From assembly GCA_040752695.1 (NCBI GenBank), contig JBFMGO010000135.1, positions 1 through 14,283 on the forward strand: a stretch of 14,283 nucleotides of DNA, given 5' to 3'. Source of the DNA: a bacterium (GTDB lineage Bacteria; SZUA-182; DTGQ01). The notes under the pieces are model-generated. The model was given only the letters and a program-made list of their open reading frames with translations. It ran no database searches and had not been told where the DNA came from. Position numbers and translations under genes: made by a program. This document shows positions 5,429 to 13,041 of this stretch, piece by piece. Each line of letters opens with the position of its first letter. The stretch's first letter is position 1.

Positions 5429-8400
5429 GAAATATGCGGATTTTCTTCGGGTAGCATCACCTCCCTCCCATGCGGCGTTTGCACTCCTGCCGAAACTGCT
5501 TGCTCTCCCGCTGAAGTCGTTTGCTTTCCTGGCTAAGCTGCTTGTCCTCTCTCCAGCGGTGCTTGCTCTTCTTTTGATCGCCGCTCTCCCCTGCCGCCCT
5601 TCTTCGTGTCACGTCCAGGAGCGGGTGAATCTTGGCCTTACAGGCACATTCGGCTACAGCGGAGCGGTCAAATGCGTGGAAATTTACCGCAGCAGAAGCA
5701 ACCTGCAAATATATGCTTACTGCGGAACGCAGGAAGGGCTCCTGATCATCGATATAACCGACCCCGCATCTCCCCGGATGGCCGCTTCTTTTGATCTTGG
5801 ACAGGTTCGGGCGATTACTTTTTACCATCCGGCTGGCGAAGACCGCGAGTTTGCCTTGCTCCTTGTAGCTGGGACGGGGGCTGGAGCAGGAGCCGGGACC
5901 GCCGGCGGCAGTATGATCATACTCGATCTCGATCATCCGGGCAAGCCTGCCTTTGCCGGTCGCTATGACCTGTTAATGAGGCCTCAACGGATAGTTACCC
6001 TTGATCATTACGCCTGCGTGGCAGATGGATCAAAGGGCCTGGTTATCATAGATCTTCATGATCCGGCCAAACCTGTTTACGTCTCAGGGTATCATACCGC
6101 AGGGGAGGCCGAGGATATCGCCCTCTTTGGTCATTATGCGTGCCTGGCTGACGGATCGAACGGTCTTGTCATCATTGATCTGAGTGACCCGACAGAGCCT
6201 GTTTATGTTGCCGGGAATCCCCTGGATATCAGAGAGTCTTTCCCTCATTATGATTATACAAAGAATGTATCCGCAATAGCCATTTACGGCCACTATGCAT
6301 GCCTGGCTATACAATCGGAGGGTATGGCTGTCGTGGACCTTTATGGTGGGTCAACGCCCCCGGCTAACTCTGATACCCCGACAAACCCGACTAATCCTCC
6401 TGACCAGGCCACTTCGGCTTATCAGGCTGCATCAACTACCTCGGCCAACCCCGCTGAACCGGCTGCCGCACCCAACCCTGCTCCTTCGACAGCCAACTAT
6501 GCAGCTTCGGCTGCCACCCCCAACCCTGCTGAATCGGCTGACTCCCCTGCCCTCTTCTCACCGGCTCTCTCACCCACCCTCAGCCCCTCTTTGCTCAGTT
6601 GGCACAAGATCGATGGTGAAGTCAACAGGATCGTCATCTGTGGCCATTATGCCTACGTGGCTGACGGCCCCAGCGGCCTTCTCATCATCGACTTGAGCGA
6701 TCCGGCCAGACCAGTCGATGCAGGAAGAAGCTATGTCAGTCAGGGATGGTCCGGTATAGGCCAGGGCGCCGCCGATACGACATCCGATACCGGCCAGGGT
6801 GCCGCCAATACGCCAGGCCAGGCATGGACTGGCCTGGGTGGTTTCAACCCTGGCCAGACAGAGGCCATGAAAGCTCAGGATATATGCGGCGCAGGTCACG
6901 CGGAGTGCGGCGTTCAGGATATAGCCATATCCGGTAGTTATGCCTGCCTTGCTCATCTTTGGGGGAATGGTCTGACCATCCTGACTGTACAAGATCCTGC
7001 CACACCTTTCGATGCAGGCAAATACAACACCAAAGGGTATGCACAGGCAGTGGCTGTATCCGGGAGTCATGCCTTTATAGCCGATGAAGAAAACGGCTTG
7101 CTGGCCATTGATATCTCTGACCCGTCGAAACCAGCGCTGGCCGGACATTATCATACTGAAGGGACTGCAAATAATCTGGCCGTTTTTGGAAACTATGCAT
7201 GTGTGGCCGATGAGAATATGGGTTTAAGTATCATCGACCTGACAACCTGCCTGAATAAATCTGCCGTCCTCCAGGCGAAAACAGCAAAAGGCCCGCAAGA
7301 CATAAAAGATATTGCATGTTCAACGACCTGGCCCTGGGCTCTGGCCCTGGATGTCGAGGTATCTTCCCACCATGCCTATATAGCTGATAAGATAAATGGC
7401 CTTATGGTTTTCGATTTGTCCGGCCTGCCCTCCCCCCCTGCTCTTGTCGGAAGCAGTGACGCCGCCGAACATGCCCAAAATCTGGCCATTTCCGGAGATT
7501 ATGCTTATGTTGCCTGCTGGTCAAATGGGCTGGTCATTATCAGGATAACTGACCCGAATCAGCCGGTCTTTGCCGGAAGATATAGCCACCAGGGCCTGAC
7601 TGCCAGGGATGTGGCTGTTGCCGGAAACTATGCCTATGTCGCTGCCGGTGATCAGGGCCTTCTCGTTATCGAGATCAGTGATCCGGAAAATCCGAAGCTG
7701 ATCGGCCAGTATGTCGATCCGGCCAGGGCTGGAGGAACGGCACCCGGGGCCAGAGTCCTGGAAGTGACCCTGTCCGGGCACTTTGCCTACCTGTCTACTG
7801 GTGAGGAGGGCCTGATTGTGCTCACTCTTGATGATCCAGTCAATCCAGCCATCATCGGCAGGGAGGACACGAAAGGCGTAACCAGTGGTGTAGTTGTGCG
7901 CGAAGGTCTTGCTTACGTGGCCGATGCAGAGGCTGGCCTGCTCATTTTCCGCATCATCGACACGCCCACCCCGCAAGGGAACCTGATTCTTGTCCCAAGT
8001 GGACCGGCCTCAGTGGCCAATTCCCTCTGGCCTGCAACACAGGGTCTGGCCAATCTGGCCTATTCGGCATTCCTGAATCAGGGCATTCCCCGCTCCTCGC
8101 TTTATTATTTCAATCCCGACCCTTACCAGGATCTGGATGGAGACGGTTTCCCGGATCCTCTAGTAGTGAACGACTCAGCCCCCTCCCCTGCTGATCTGAA
8201 GTATGCACTTACCGACTGGGCGGTGAGCCGCCTGAGCAGCGGTCCCCTGTATCTGTACCTGCCAGGCCAGGGAGCGGGCGGGGCCTATCAGATCATGCCC
8301 GGTGACATGATCCGGGCTGATGAAACGATCGGGTATGATGATGATAATGATGATGATGAAACTATGCTGGCCGGTGATTCCATCCGGACCGATGAGGTGA

Positions 8401-11400
8401 TCATGGCCGGTGACACTATCCGGACCATCGGCCTGAATGACACCACCGATATCGGCAGTTTGAAAACCTGGCTTGACTCGTTTCAGCAAAAGACAGGGCG
8501 GGACGTTATCTGCCTTATGGAATTCTCGTCTTCCGGCTCTTTTTCTGCCTGTCTCATGGATGCGAACACCGCACCTTACAGCAGGAATATCATAAGCTGC
8601 ACGGACTCTGGCATGTCGTTTCTTGATCCTGATGGCGGACTTTCCTTTACCGGCCAGTTCCTTAAGCTGCTTCGAGACTCAGGACAGACCGGGCTTTTTT
8701 CCGGCTCCGGCCTTTCGCTTCAAAAGGCAAGGGGAAAGCTCCTTCAGGCCCTTTTTTCCGAGGCCAGAGAGATATTCTGGTCATCCGGCTTTCCCTGGAA
8801 CACTCAGCCGCCCCAGATGGTAAGTGCCTGCGGCAGCCATACCCTCGTGAGCATCGGCCTGATGGCATCGGTAATGGATATCGACTCCGGCAACTCGACC
8901 TCTTTCGGCGATGCGCCAGTCATCATCACCAATGCTGACCAGCGCATCATGCTCAAGGCCATTGGCCATTATCTGGACGGCAGCCAGGAGGATCTCTCCG
9001 GCAGGGTATATTATCAATCTTCAGATCCATCAATCCTTCTGATAAATCAGCAAAGACAGGAAGGGCAAGAAGGACATGAGGCACAGGAAGATCAGGAAGG
9101 GCAGGAAGGGCAGGAAGAGCGGGAAAATGGCCGGGAGTTTGAAGCTTATGTCAATCCCGATGCCAGCTATAATGGCCCGGTCTCGATCCTGGCCACAATC
9201 ATTGACCCCAATTTCGCGCAAAGCCCTGGCCATAACGCGATGATCCCCCCCTTGGGCGGAATCACCGGCCGCATTCCGGTCAAGGTGGACGTATCGGCCG
9301 GAAAGCAAAAAGAGAGCCTGCCCAAAGCCATTATCGTGGCTGGAAGGTCCAATGATCCCACGGGTTATGATTATCTGTGGGAGAGCATCAGCCAGACTGC
9401 AAATTATGCCTATAATACCTTCCTTGAGAGGGGCTACAGTCCTCAGAATATTTTTTACCTGAGCCATGATCTCAACCAGCCGGGGGTGGATGGTTCATCA
9501 CCTGACAAGAGCTTCTTTCAGGTTCTGGAGGAGATATTTACCAGCCCGGCAGCCAATCCTTACCTGAATCTTGAGGGATTGACTGACCTGACTGTGCTTC
9601 TCATCGACCACGGTCGAAAAAACGCCTTTCTCCTTGGGCCCGCGGCCGATCAATCCATTTCGCCAGCTCTTCTGGACCAGTGGCTGGATGGCATCCAGAA
9701 AGAATACCCATATGCCAGAATTACTGTTATCATTGATGCCTGTTTTTCCGGCGACTTTGTCAATCCCCTCATACAAGGGCATGAGCAATGCCAATGCACG
9801 GAGCAGCAGCGGGGGGCAGGAAAAAGGACGGTCATTGCCTCAACCAGTGAGGCGGATGCCTATCTGGCAGCCGATGGATGGGTGTCCTTTACCTCTTTTC
9901 TTTTCACCCACCTTCGAAGCGGAGCCAGTCTCGCGGAAGCCTTTGAGCAAGCGCATACCGACCTGGCTGCACTCAGTTGGGGATGCATCCAGCACCCCGT
10001 TCTGAGGGATACCGACAACGGCCAGTGCGCACTGACGACTCGTCTTGGCGGTCCATTCATCTTGAGCCAGGACCAGCCCCAGATCGTTCAGGTGTCGGGA
10101 CTGGCCGACCCCAACCGGCCGATACTTCCGCACCAGCCCGTGGATCTGTGGGCCAGGGTGGAAGACCTCGATGGCGTGGACAGTGTCTGGGCCTTCATCA
10201 GTAATTCCCAGGCCGGTGTTCAGTTCTCAGGCTCTGTACAGGACCCTGTGATGCTGGCCGACATGGTCAGAGTAGATCTTACCTATAACCCTGACCATGG
10301 CCGGTATGAGGGAACGTATGAGGAAGGCTTTCCGTACGGCGGCCCCTATACCGTTCTGTTCCTGGCCAGAGATCTGAAAGGTTTGGCATCCTATCCCAGG
10401 GCGATCTATCTGGAAATTGACGGTGGGAACTGTGCGGGACAGGATTATGCCTTTCTCGTGTATGATGCCGGCTGCCCGGAATGTGCAATTCAGGCCGACT
10501 CCATTCAGTGGATACTGGAAAAAAGACGTGTCCCGAAAGAGAATATCATCAAGCTTCAGGGGGTGGCTGGATTCTCCTCCTCTCTGGCATCTTTTATAGC
10601 CAATCCTCCCGCCTCCCTGGAGCACCTTCTCCTCGCCTTTATCTCGAAAGGGAACCTGGCTGATCTTGACGGGTATGGCCAAGAGGCACTGACTCAACAA
10701 CTGGACAGGATACAACAGGCTACAGGCTGCACCATCATCAGCCTTATCGAGGCTGACGAGTCAGGCCGCTTCCTGCCTATCCTGAAAGGTCCGGGGAGAA
10801 TAACTATCAGCAGCACGGGAACAAAAGCAGTCAGGGCCGGCTGCGGCGCTCATGGCCTGAACTGCCTGTTATTCTCACCATTTTTCTTCTCCGGCATATA
10901 TCGGGGCATGGATATCTACCGGGCCTTCCAGTCTGCCTGTCAGGCCATGGGGTATTATCGTACGGGGTACTATGGCCCAGGACATTATGGTGCTGAATTT
11001 TATGATTTGGATCGAGGGCCGCTCCTCGATGACAACGGGAATGGTCTGGGTTCCGAGTATGGGCAAAACTATGATGGCCGCACAGCCAGCAGCATCTACC
11101 TTGGCTCCCCTTTTGAGCCTGTGGACGAAGGGCCGAAGATCGCCATTCCTTCCGGTGTGCATCTTGACGCCAGAGAGGGCAGGAGCGCACTTATCTGGGC
11201 CAGGGTGCAGGACCCCAGCAGTCAGGTTATGGCTCTCGTCACCTCTCCCGATGGGGTGATTGACCAGCCTGTTGTTCTGGCCTATAATCCTGACACTGCA
11301 CGATTCGAGGCAGAGTATGACGGATTCGGCCAACAGGGCAGTTATCGGGTGGGGGTCTCTGTTCAGGACCGTCACGGGCTGACTGATTTTGGCCAGACCT

Positions 11401-12812
11401 ATTATCTGTCTCTTTGGCCGGACGGATTTGAGGTTGACGACAATTCAAATCAGGCAGGAGCCCTGGTGGTTAATCAACCATCCCGGAGGCACAGCTTCCA
11501 TACATCCAGTGATGAAGACTGGATTTATTTCTTCGGCTATGCCGGGCTTCCTTACAAGGTCAGCGCTGCCCAAAACTGGCCTGACTGCCCTCTGCGGATT
11601 GAAGTGTATGATCCGAATGGAATACGTATCGATCACTCTCCCCATGCTGTGACCTTTACTACCCCTGAGAATTGCACCCCTGAGAATTGCAGCGGGGATG
11701 AGGAGAAGGATGAGAATGGAAGCGAAACTGGGAACAAAGACAGGGATGGAAAGGGAAACGGGTTCTACAAGGTCCGGGTCAGCTACACCTGCCCAGTGCT
11801 GCCTGCCGGGGACTATCCTTTCTACGAACTTTCGGTATCCTGTCCCAAGGCCGGAACCGGCGGTATCTGGGGCTGGGTCAGGGATGCAGACACTGGTGAG
11901 GGCATTATCGGTGCCAGGATTTGTACTCCTTCCGGGCAGTGCACAACCAGCATGGGGGAGTGGTGGTCAACTGACGCGGCATCTTCCATCAAACACGTGG
12001 AAGGGGGCTTCTACCTCATGGATACCATACCAAAGTCTGCCGGAGGATTGACCATAACAGCCAAGACCAAGGGCTATCTGCCGACAAGCCTGTTCATATC
12101 CGGCTATGACGAGAACCTTCTCAATGTAACCTTTTACCTGAAACGTGATCCTGCCACAGCTTATCAGCCTGCGACTGATCCTGCCGCTGCCCAGATGGTG
12201 GCAGGGGTTCTGCAGCTCCAGAGCCCCAGGATCAAGGTAGAGGTGCCCCTTTTAGAAGGGCTGAACCTTTTCTCTCACCCGAATGCCGACCCGCGCTTTC
12301 CCTATGATATCTGGGATTTTATGGTCACCTATGGCCAGTTCGATCAGGCGCAAGGCCCCTGTTTCTCGAGCGTTACGCACTACAACCACGCACTCCTGGA
12401 GATGTGTTCTTTCGTCTATTCCTCTCAGGGACGAGTTGGCCAATGGTCCATCGAATGCTCCAATCACTTTCCCATGGCATCCGGGAAAGGTTACGCCATT
12501 TACATGAAGCGAAATGAAACCCTGGACTTCCCGATCCCCATGGCCAACCCGGCAATAGATCTGAAAAAAGGCCAGAATTGGGTGGGTATTCCCAGCCCTT
12601 CCTCCGGCTACACTGCCTATATGATGCTTCAAGACATGGGGTGCGCTGAAGATGTAGCCAGTATCCGCTGCTTCGATCCTTCATCCGGCAGATGGAAGAC
12701 CGCCTATTGGAAACAAAACCGACCTGCGGGAGACAATTTTCCCATCCGGTCAGGCCAGGGCTACCTGGTCAATATGATCAGAGATAAACTCGGTTGGCTG
12801 CCAGGGTGGTGA
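5343..12812 (+). CDS. Giant secreted multidomain protein: 14 LVIVD repeats + three caspase-fold (peptidase C13-like) domains + Ig-like, PPC-like and carboxypeptidase-regulatory-like domains + duplicated C-terminal module (2489 aa; start uncertain, 5343 or 5373)
   Basis: Long basic-then-hydrophobic N-terminus. LVIVD blades at 5661-7955 (consensus AxDVAVxGxYAYVAxxxxGLxIIDIxDPxxP). C13-like domains at ~7980-8830, ~9324-10060 (intact LLIDHG and IIDACFSG) and ~10446-11115. Big_2-like segment ~8943-9297 (LKAIGHYLDGSQEDLSGRVYYQSSDPSI). Two related Ig-like spacers (LWARVED...YNPDHGRYEGTY; IWARVQD...YNPDTARFEAEY). PPC-like segment from 11418 (PDGFEVDDN...SSDEDWIYF). GGIWGWVRDADTGEGIIGARI from 11859. 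Confidence 0.9.
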   Translation: MCRKICATTRMKICTKICNKVYTKVYKKRKYADFLRVASPPSHAAFALLPKLLALPLKSFAFLAKLLVLSPAVLALLLIAALPCRPSSCHVQERVNLGLTGTFGYSGAVKCVEIYRSRSNLQIYAYCGTQEGLLIIDITDPASPRMAASFDLGQVRAITFYHPAGEDREFALLLVAGTGAGAGAGTAGGSMIILDLDHPGKPAFAGRYDLLMRPQRIVTLDHYACVADGSKGLVIIDLHDPAKPVYVSGYHTAGEAEDIALFGHYACLADGSNGLVIIDLSDPTEPVYVAGNPLDIRESFPHYDYTKNVSAIAIYGHYACLAIQSEGMAVVDLYGGSTPPANSDTPTNPTNPPDQATSAYQAASTTSANPAEPAAAPNPAPSTANYAASAATPNPAESADSPALFSPALSPTLSPSLLSWHKIDGEVNRIVICGHYAYVADGPSGLLIIDLSDPARPVDAGRSYVSQGWSGIGQGAADTTSDTGQGAANTPGQAWTGLGGFNPGQTEAMKAQDICGAGHAECGVQDIAISGSYACLAHLWGNGLTILTVQDPATPFDAGKYNTKGYAQAVAVSGSHAFIADEENGLLAIDISDPSKPALAGHYHTEGTANNLAVFGNYACVADENMGLSIIDLTTCLNKSAVLQAKTAKGPQDIKDIACSTTWPWALALDVEVSSHHAYIADKINGLMVFDLSGLPSPPALVGSSDAAEHAQNLAISGDYAYVACWSNGLVIIRITDPNQPVFAGRYSHQGLTARDVAVAGNYAYVAAGDQGLLVIEISDPENPKLIGQYVDPARAGGTAPGARVLEVTLSGHFAYLSTGEEGLIVLTLDDPVNPAIIGREDTKGVTSGVVVREGLAYVADAEAGLLIFRIIDTPTPQGNLILVPSGPASVANSLWPATQGLANLAYSAFLNQGIPRSSLYYFNPDPYQDLDGDGFPDPLVVNDSAPSPADLKYALTDWAVSRLSSGPLYLYLPGQGAGGAYQIMPGDMIRADETIGYDDDNDDDETMLAGDSIRTDEVIMAGDTIRTIGLNDTTDIGSLKTWLDSFQQKTGRDVICLMEFSSSGSFSACLMDANTAPYSRNIISCTDSGMSFLDPDGGLSFTGQFLKLLRDSGQTGLFSGSGLSLQKARGKLLQALFSEAREIFWSSGFPWNTQPPQMVSACGSHTLVSIGLMASVMDIDSGNSTSFGDAPVIITNADQRIMLKAIGHYLDGSQEDLSGRVYYQSSDPSILLINQQRQEGQEGHEAQEDQEGQEGQEERENGREFEAYVNPDASYNGPVSILATIIDPNFAQSPGHNAMIPPLGGITGRIPVKVDVSAGKQKESLPKAIIVAGRSNDPTGYDYLWESISQTANYAYNTFLERGYSPQNIFYLSHDLNQPGVDGSSPDKSFFQVLEEIFTSPAANPYLNLEGLTDLTVLLIDHGRKNAFLLGPAADQSISPALLDQWLDGIQKEYPYARITVIIDACFSGDFVNPLIQGHEQCQCTEQQRGAGKRTVIASTSEADAYLAADGWVSFTSFLFTHLRSGASLAEAFEQAHTDLAALSWGCIQHPVLRDTDNGQCALTTRLGGPFILSQDQPQIVQVSGLADPNRPILPHQPVDLWARVEDLDGVDSVWAFISNSQAGVQFSGSVQDPVMLADMVRVDLTYNPDHGRYEGTYEEGFPYGGPYTVLFLARDLKGLASYPRAIYLEIDGGNCAGQDYAFLVYDAGCPECAIQADSIQWILEKRRVPKENIIKLQGVAGFSSSLASFIANPPASLEHLLLAFISKGNLADLDGYGQEALTQQLDRIQQATGCTIISLIEADESGRFLPILKGPGRITISSTGTKAVRAGCGAHGLNCLLFSPFFFSGIYRGMDIYRAFQSACQAMGYYRTGYYGPGHYGAEFYDLDRGPLLDDNGNGLGSEYGQNYDGRTASSIYLGSPFEPVDEGPKIAIPSGVHLDAREGRSALIWARVQDPSSQVMALVTSPDGVIDQPVVLAYNPDTARFEAEYDGFGQQGSYRVGVSVQDRHGLTDFGQTYYLSLWPDGFEVDDNSNQAGALVVNQPSRRHSFHTSSDEDWIYFFGYAGLPYKVSAAQNWPDCPLRIEVYDPNGIRIDHSPHAVTFTTPENCTPENCSGDEEKDENGSETGNKDRDGKGNGFYKVRVSYTCPVLPAGDYPFYELSVSCPKAGTGGIWGWVRDADTGEGIIGARICTPSGQCTTSMGEWWSTDAASSIKHVEGGFYLMDTIPKSAGGLTITAKTKGYLPTSLFISGYDENLLNVTFYLKRDPATAYQPATDPAAAQMVAGVLQLQSPRIKVEVPLLEGLNLFSHPNADPRFPYDIWDFMVTYGQFDQAQGPCFSSVTHYNHALLEMCSFVYSSQGRVGQWSIECSNHFPMASGKGYAIYMKRNETLDFPIPMANPAIDLKKGQNWVGIPSPSSGYTAYMMLQDMGCAEDVASIRCFDPSSGRWKTAYWKQNRPAGDNFPIRSGQGYLVNMIRDKLGWLPGW
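5475..5579 (+). repeat. In-frame 21-bp tandem array x5 forming the hydrophobic N-terminal segment
   Basis: gcgtttgcactcctgccgaaa ctgcttgctctcccgctgaag tcgtttgctttcctggctaag ctgcttgtcctctctccagcg gtgcttgctcttcttttgatc (AFALLPK LLALPLK SFAFLAK LLVLSPA VLALLLI). Confidence 0.75.
6360..6590 (+). repeat. In-frame Pro/Ala/Ser/Thr-rich compound repeat inserted inside LVIVD blade 5
   Basis: Recurring (t/c)cggc...aaccc(c/t)gct(gaa/cct) units (SANPAE, PAAAPNPAP, SAATPNPAE), then 12-bp units (FSPA LSPT LSPS). The insert separates ...GMAVVDL from ...PSLLSWH of one blade. Confidence 0.75.
6759..6815 (+). repeat. In-frame 33-bp-period duplication (GQGAADT / GQGAANT) between LVIVD blades 6 and 7
   Basis: ggccagggcgccgccgatacgaca at 6759 and ggccagggtgccgccaatacgcca at 6792. 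Confidence 0.75.
8292..8435 (+). repeat. In-frame 36-bp tandem array x4 in the first C13-like domain; the second slot is a (GAT)n microsatellite
   Basis: atcatgcccggtgacatgatccgggctgatgaaacg / atcgggtatgatgatgataatgatgatgatgaaact / atgctggccggtgattccatccggaccgatgaggtg / atcatggccggtgacactatccggaccatcggcctg. Confidence 0.85.
9057..9128 (+). repeat. In-frame 9-bp tandem array x8 (QEG-type) in the Big_2-like domain
   Basis: caggaaggg caagaagga catgaggca caggaagat caggaaggg caggaaggg caggaagag cgggaaaat. Confidence 0.9.
10950..11009 (+). repeat. In-frame 15-bp tandem array x4 (GYYRT GYYGP GHYGA EFYDL)
   Basis: gggtattatcgtacg gggtactatggccca ggacattatggtgct gaattttatgatttg. Confidence 0.75.
11661..11690 (+). 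repeat. Perfect in-frame 15-bp duplication (TPENC x2), followed by a purine-rich low-complexity insert
   Basis: acccctgagaattgc acccctgagaattgc, then SGDEEKDENGSETGNKDRDGKGNG up to ~11762. Confidence 0.9.
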
Positions 12813-12817
12813 AGATG

Positions 12818-12901
12818 AGCCTGGAGGCTGGAAATAGGAAGCATGAAGCGGATGGTAAGAAGCATCTGGCAGGGGCAAGGAGCCGGGAGCCAGAAATCCG
12901 T
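12818..12901 (+). repeat. Intergenic degenerate 7-bp-period array
   Basis: agcctgg aggctgg aaatagg aagcatg aagcgga tggtaag aagcatc tggcagg ggcaagg agccggg agccaga aatccgt. Confidence 0.55.
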
Positions 12902-12938
12902 AAGGGCCTGCCCCGTATGGCCGCCATCAAGAGTTAGG

Positions 12939-13030
12939 AGCAAGCAACAAGCAGTCAGCAGCAAGCAGCAAACAGCAAGGTCAGTAACAATCAGTAAGCA
13001 GTAAGCAACAAGCAGTAAGCAAGCAGCAAA
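12939..13030 (+). repeat. Intergenic heptamer tandem array (AGYAAGC-like) directly upstream of the RBS of the next gene
   Basis: agcaagc aacaagc agtcagc agcaagc agcaaac ... agtaagc agtaagc aacaagc agtaagc aagc agcaaa. Confidence 0.85.
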
Positions 13031-13041
13031 AGGTACAGCGT

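Noticed and set aside
5434..5454. Alternative start for the giant gene at the ATG following the good RBS-like AAGAGGAAAT
   Set aside because: That ATG is out of frame and reads MRIFFG* only. A tiny overlapping ORF or an old frameshifted start cannot be excluded but is unsupported.
12868..12914. Rho-independent terminator after the giant gene (GGCAGG/GGGGCA ... CCTGCCCC)
   Set aside because: The stem is only ~6 bp with a >30-nt loop and no U-tract.
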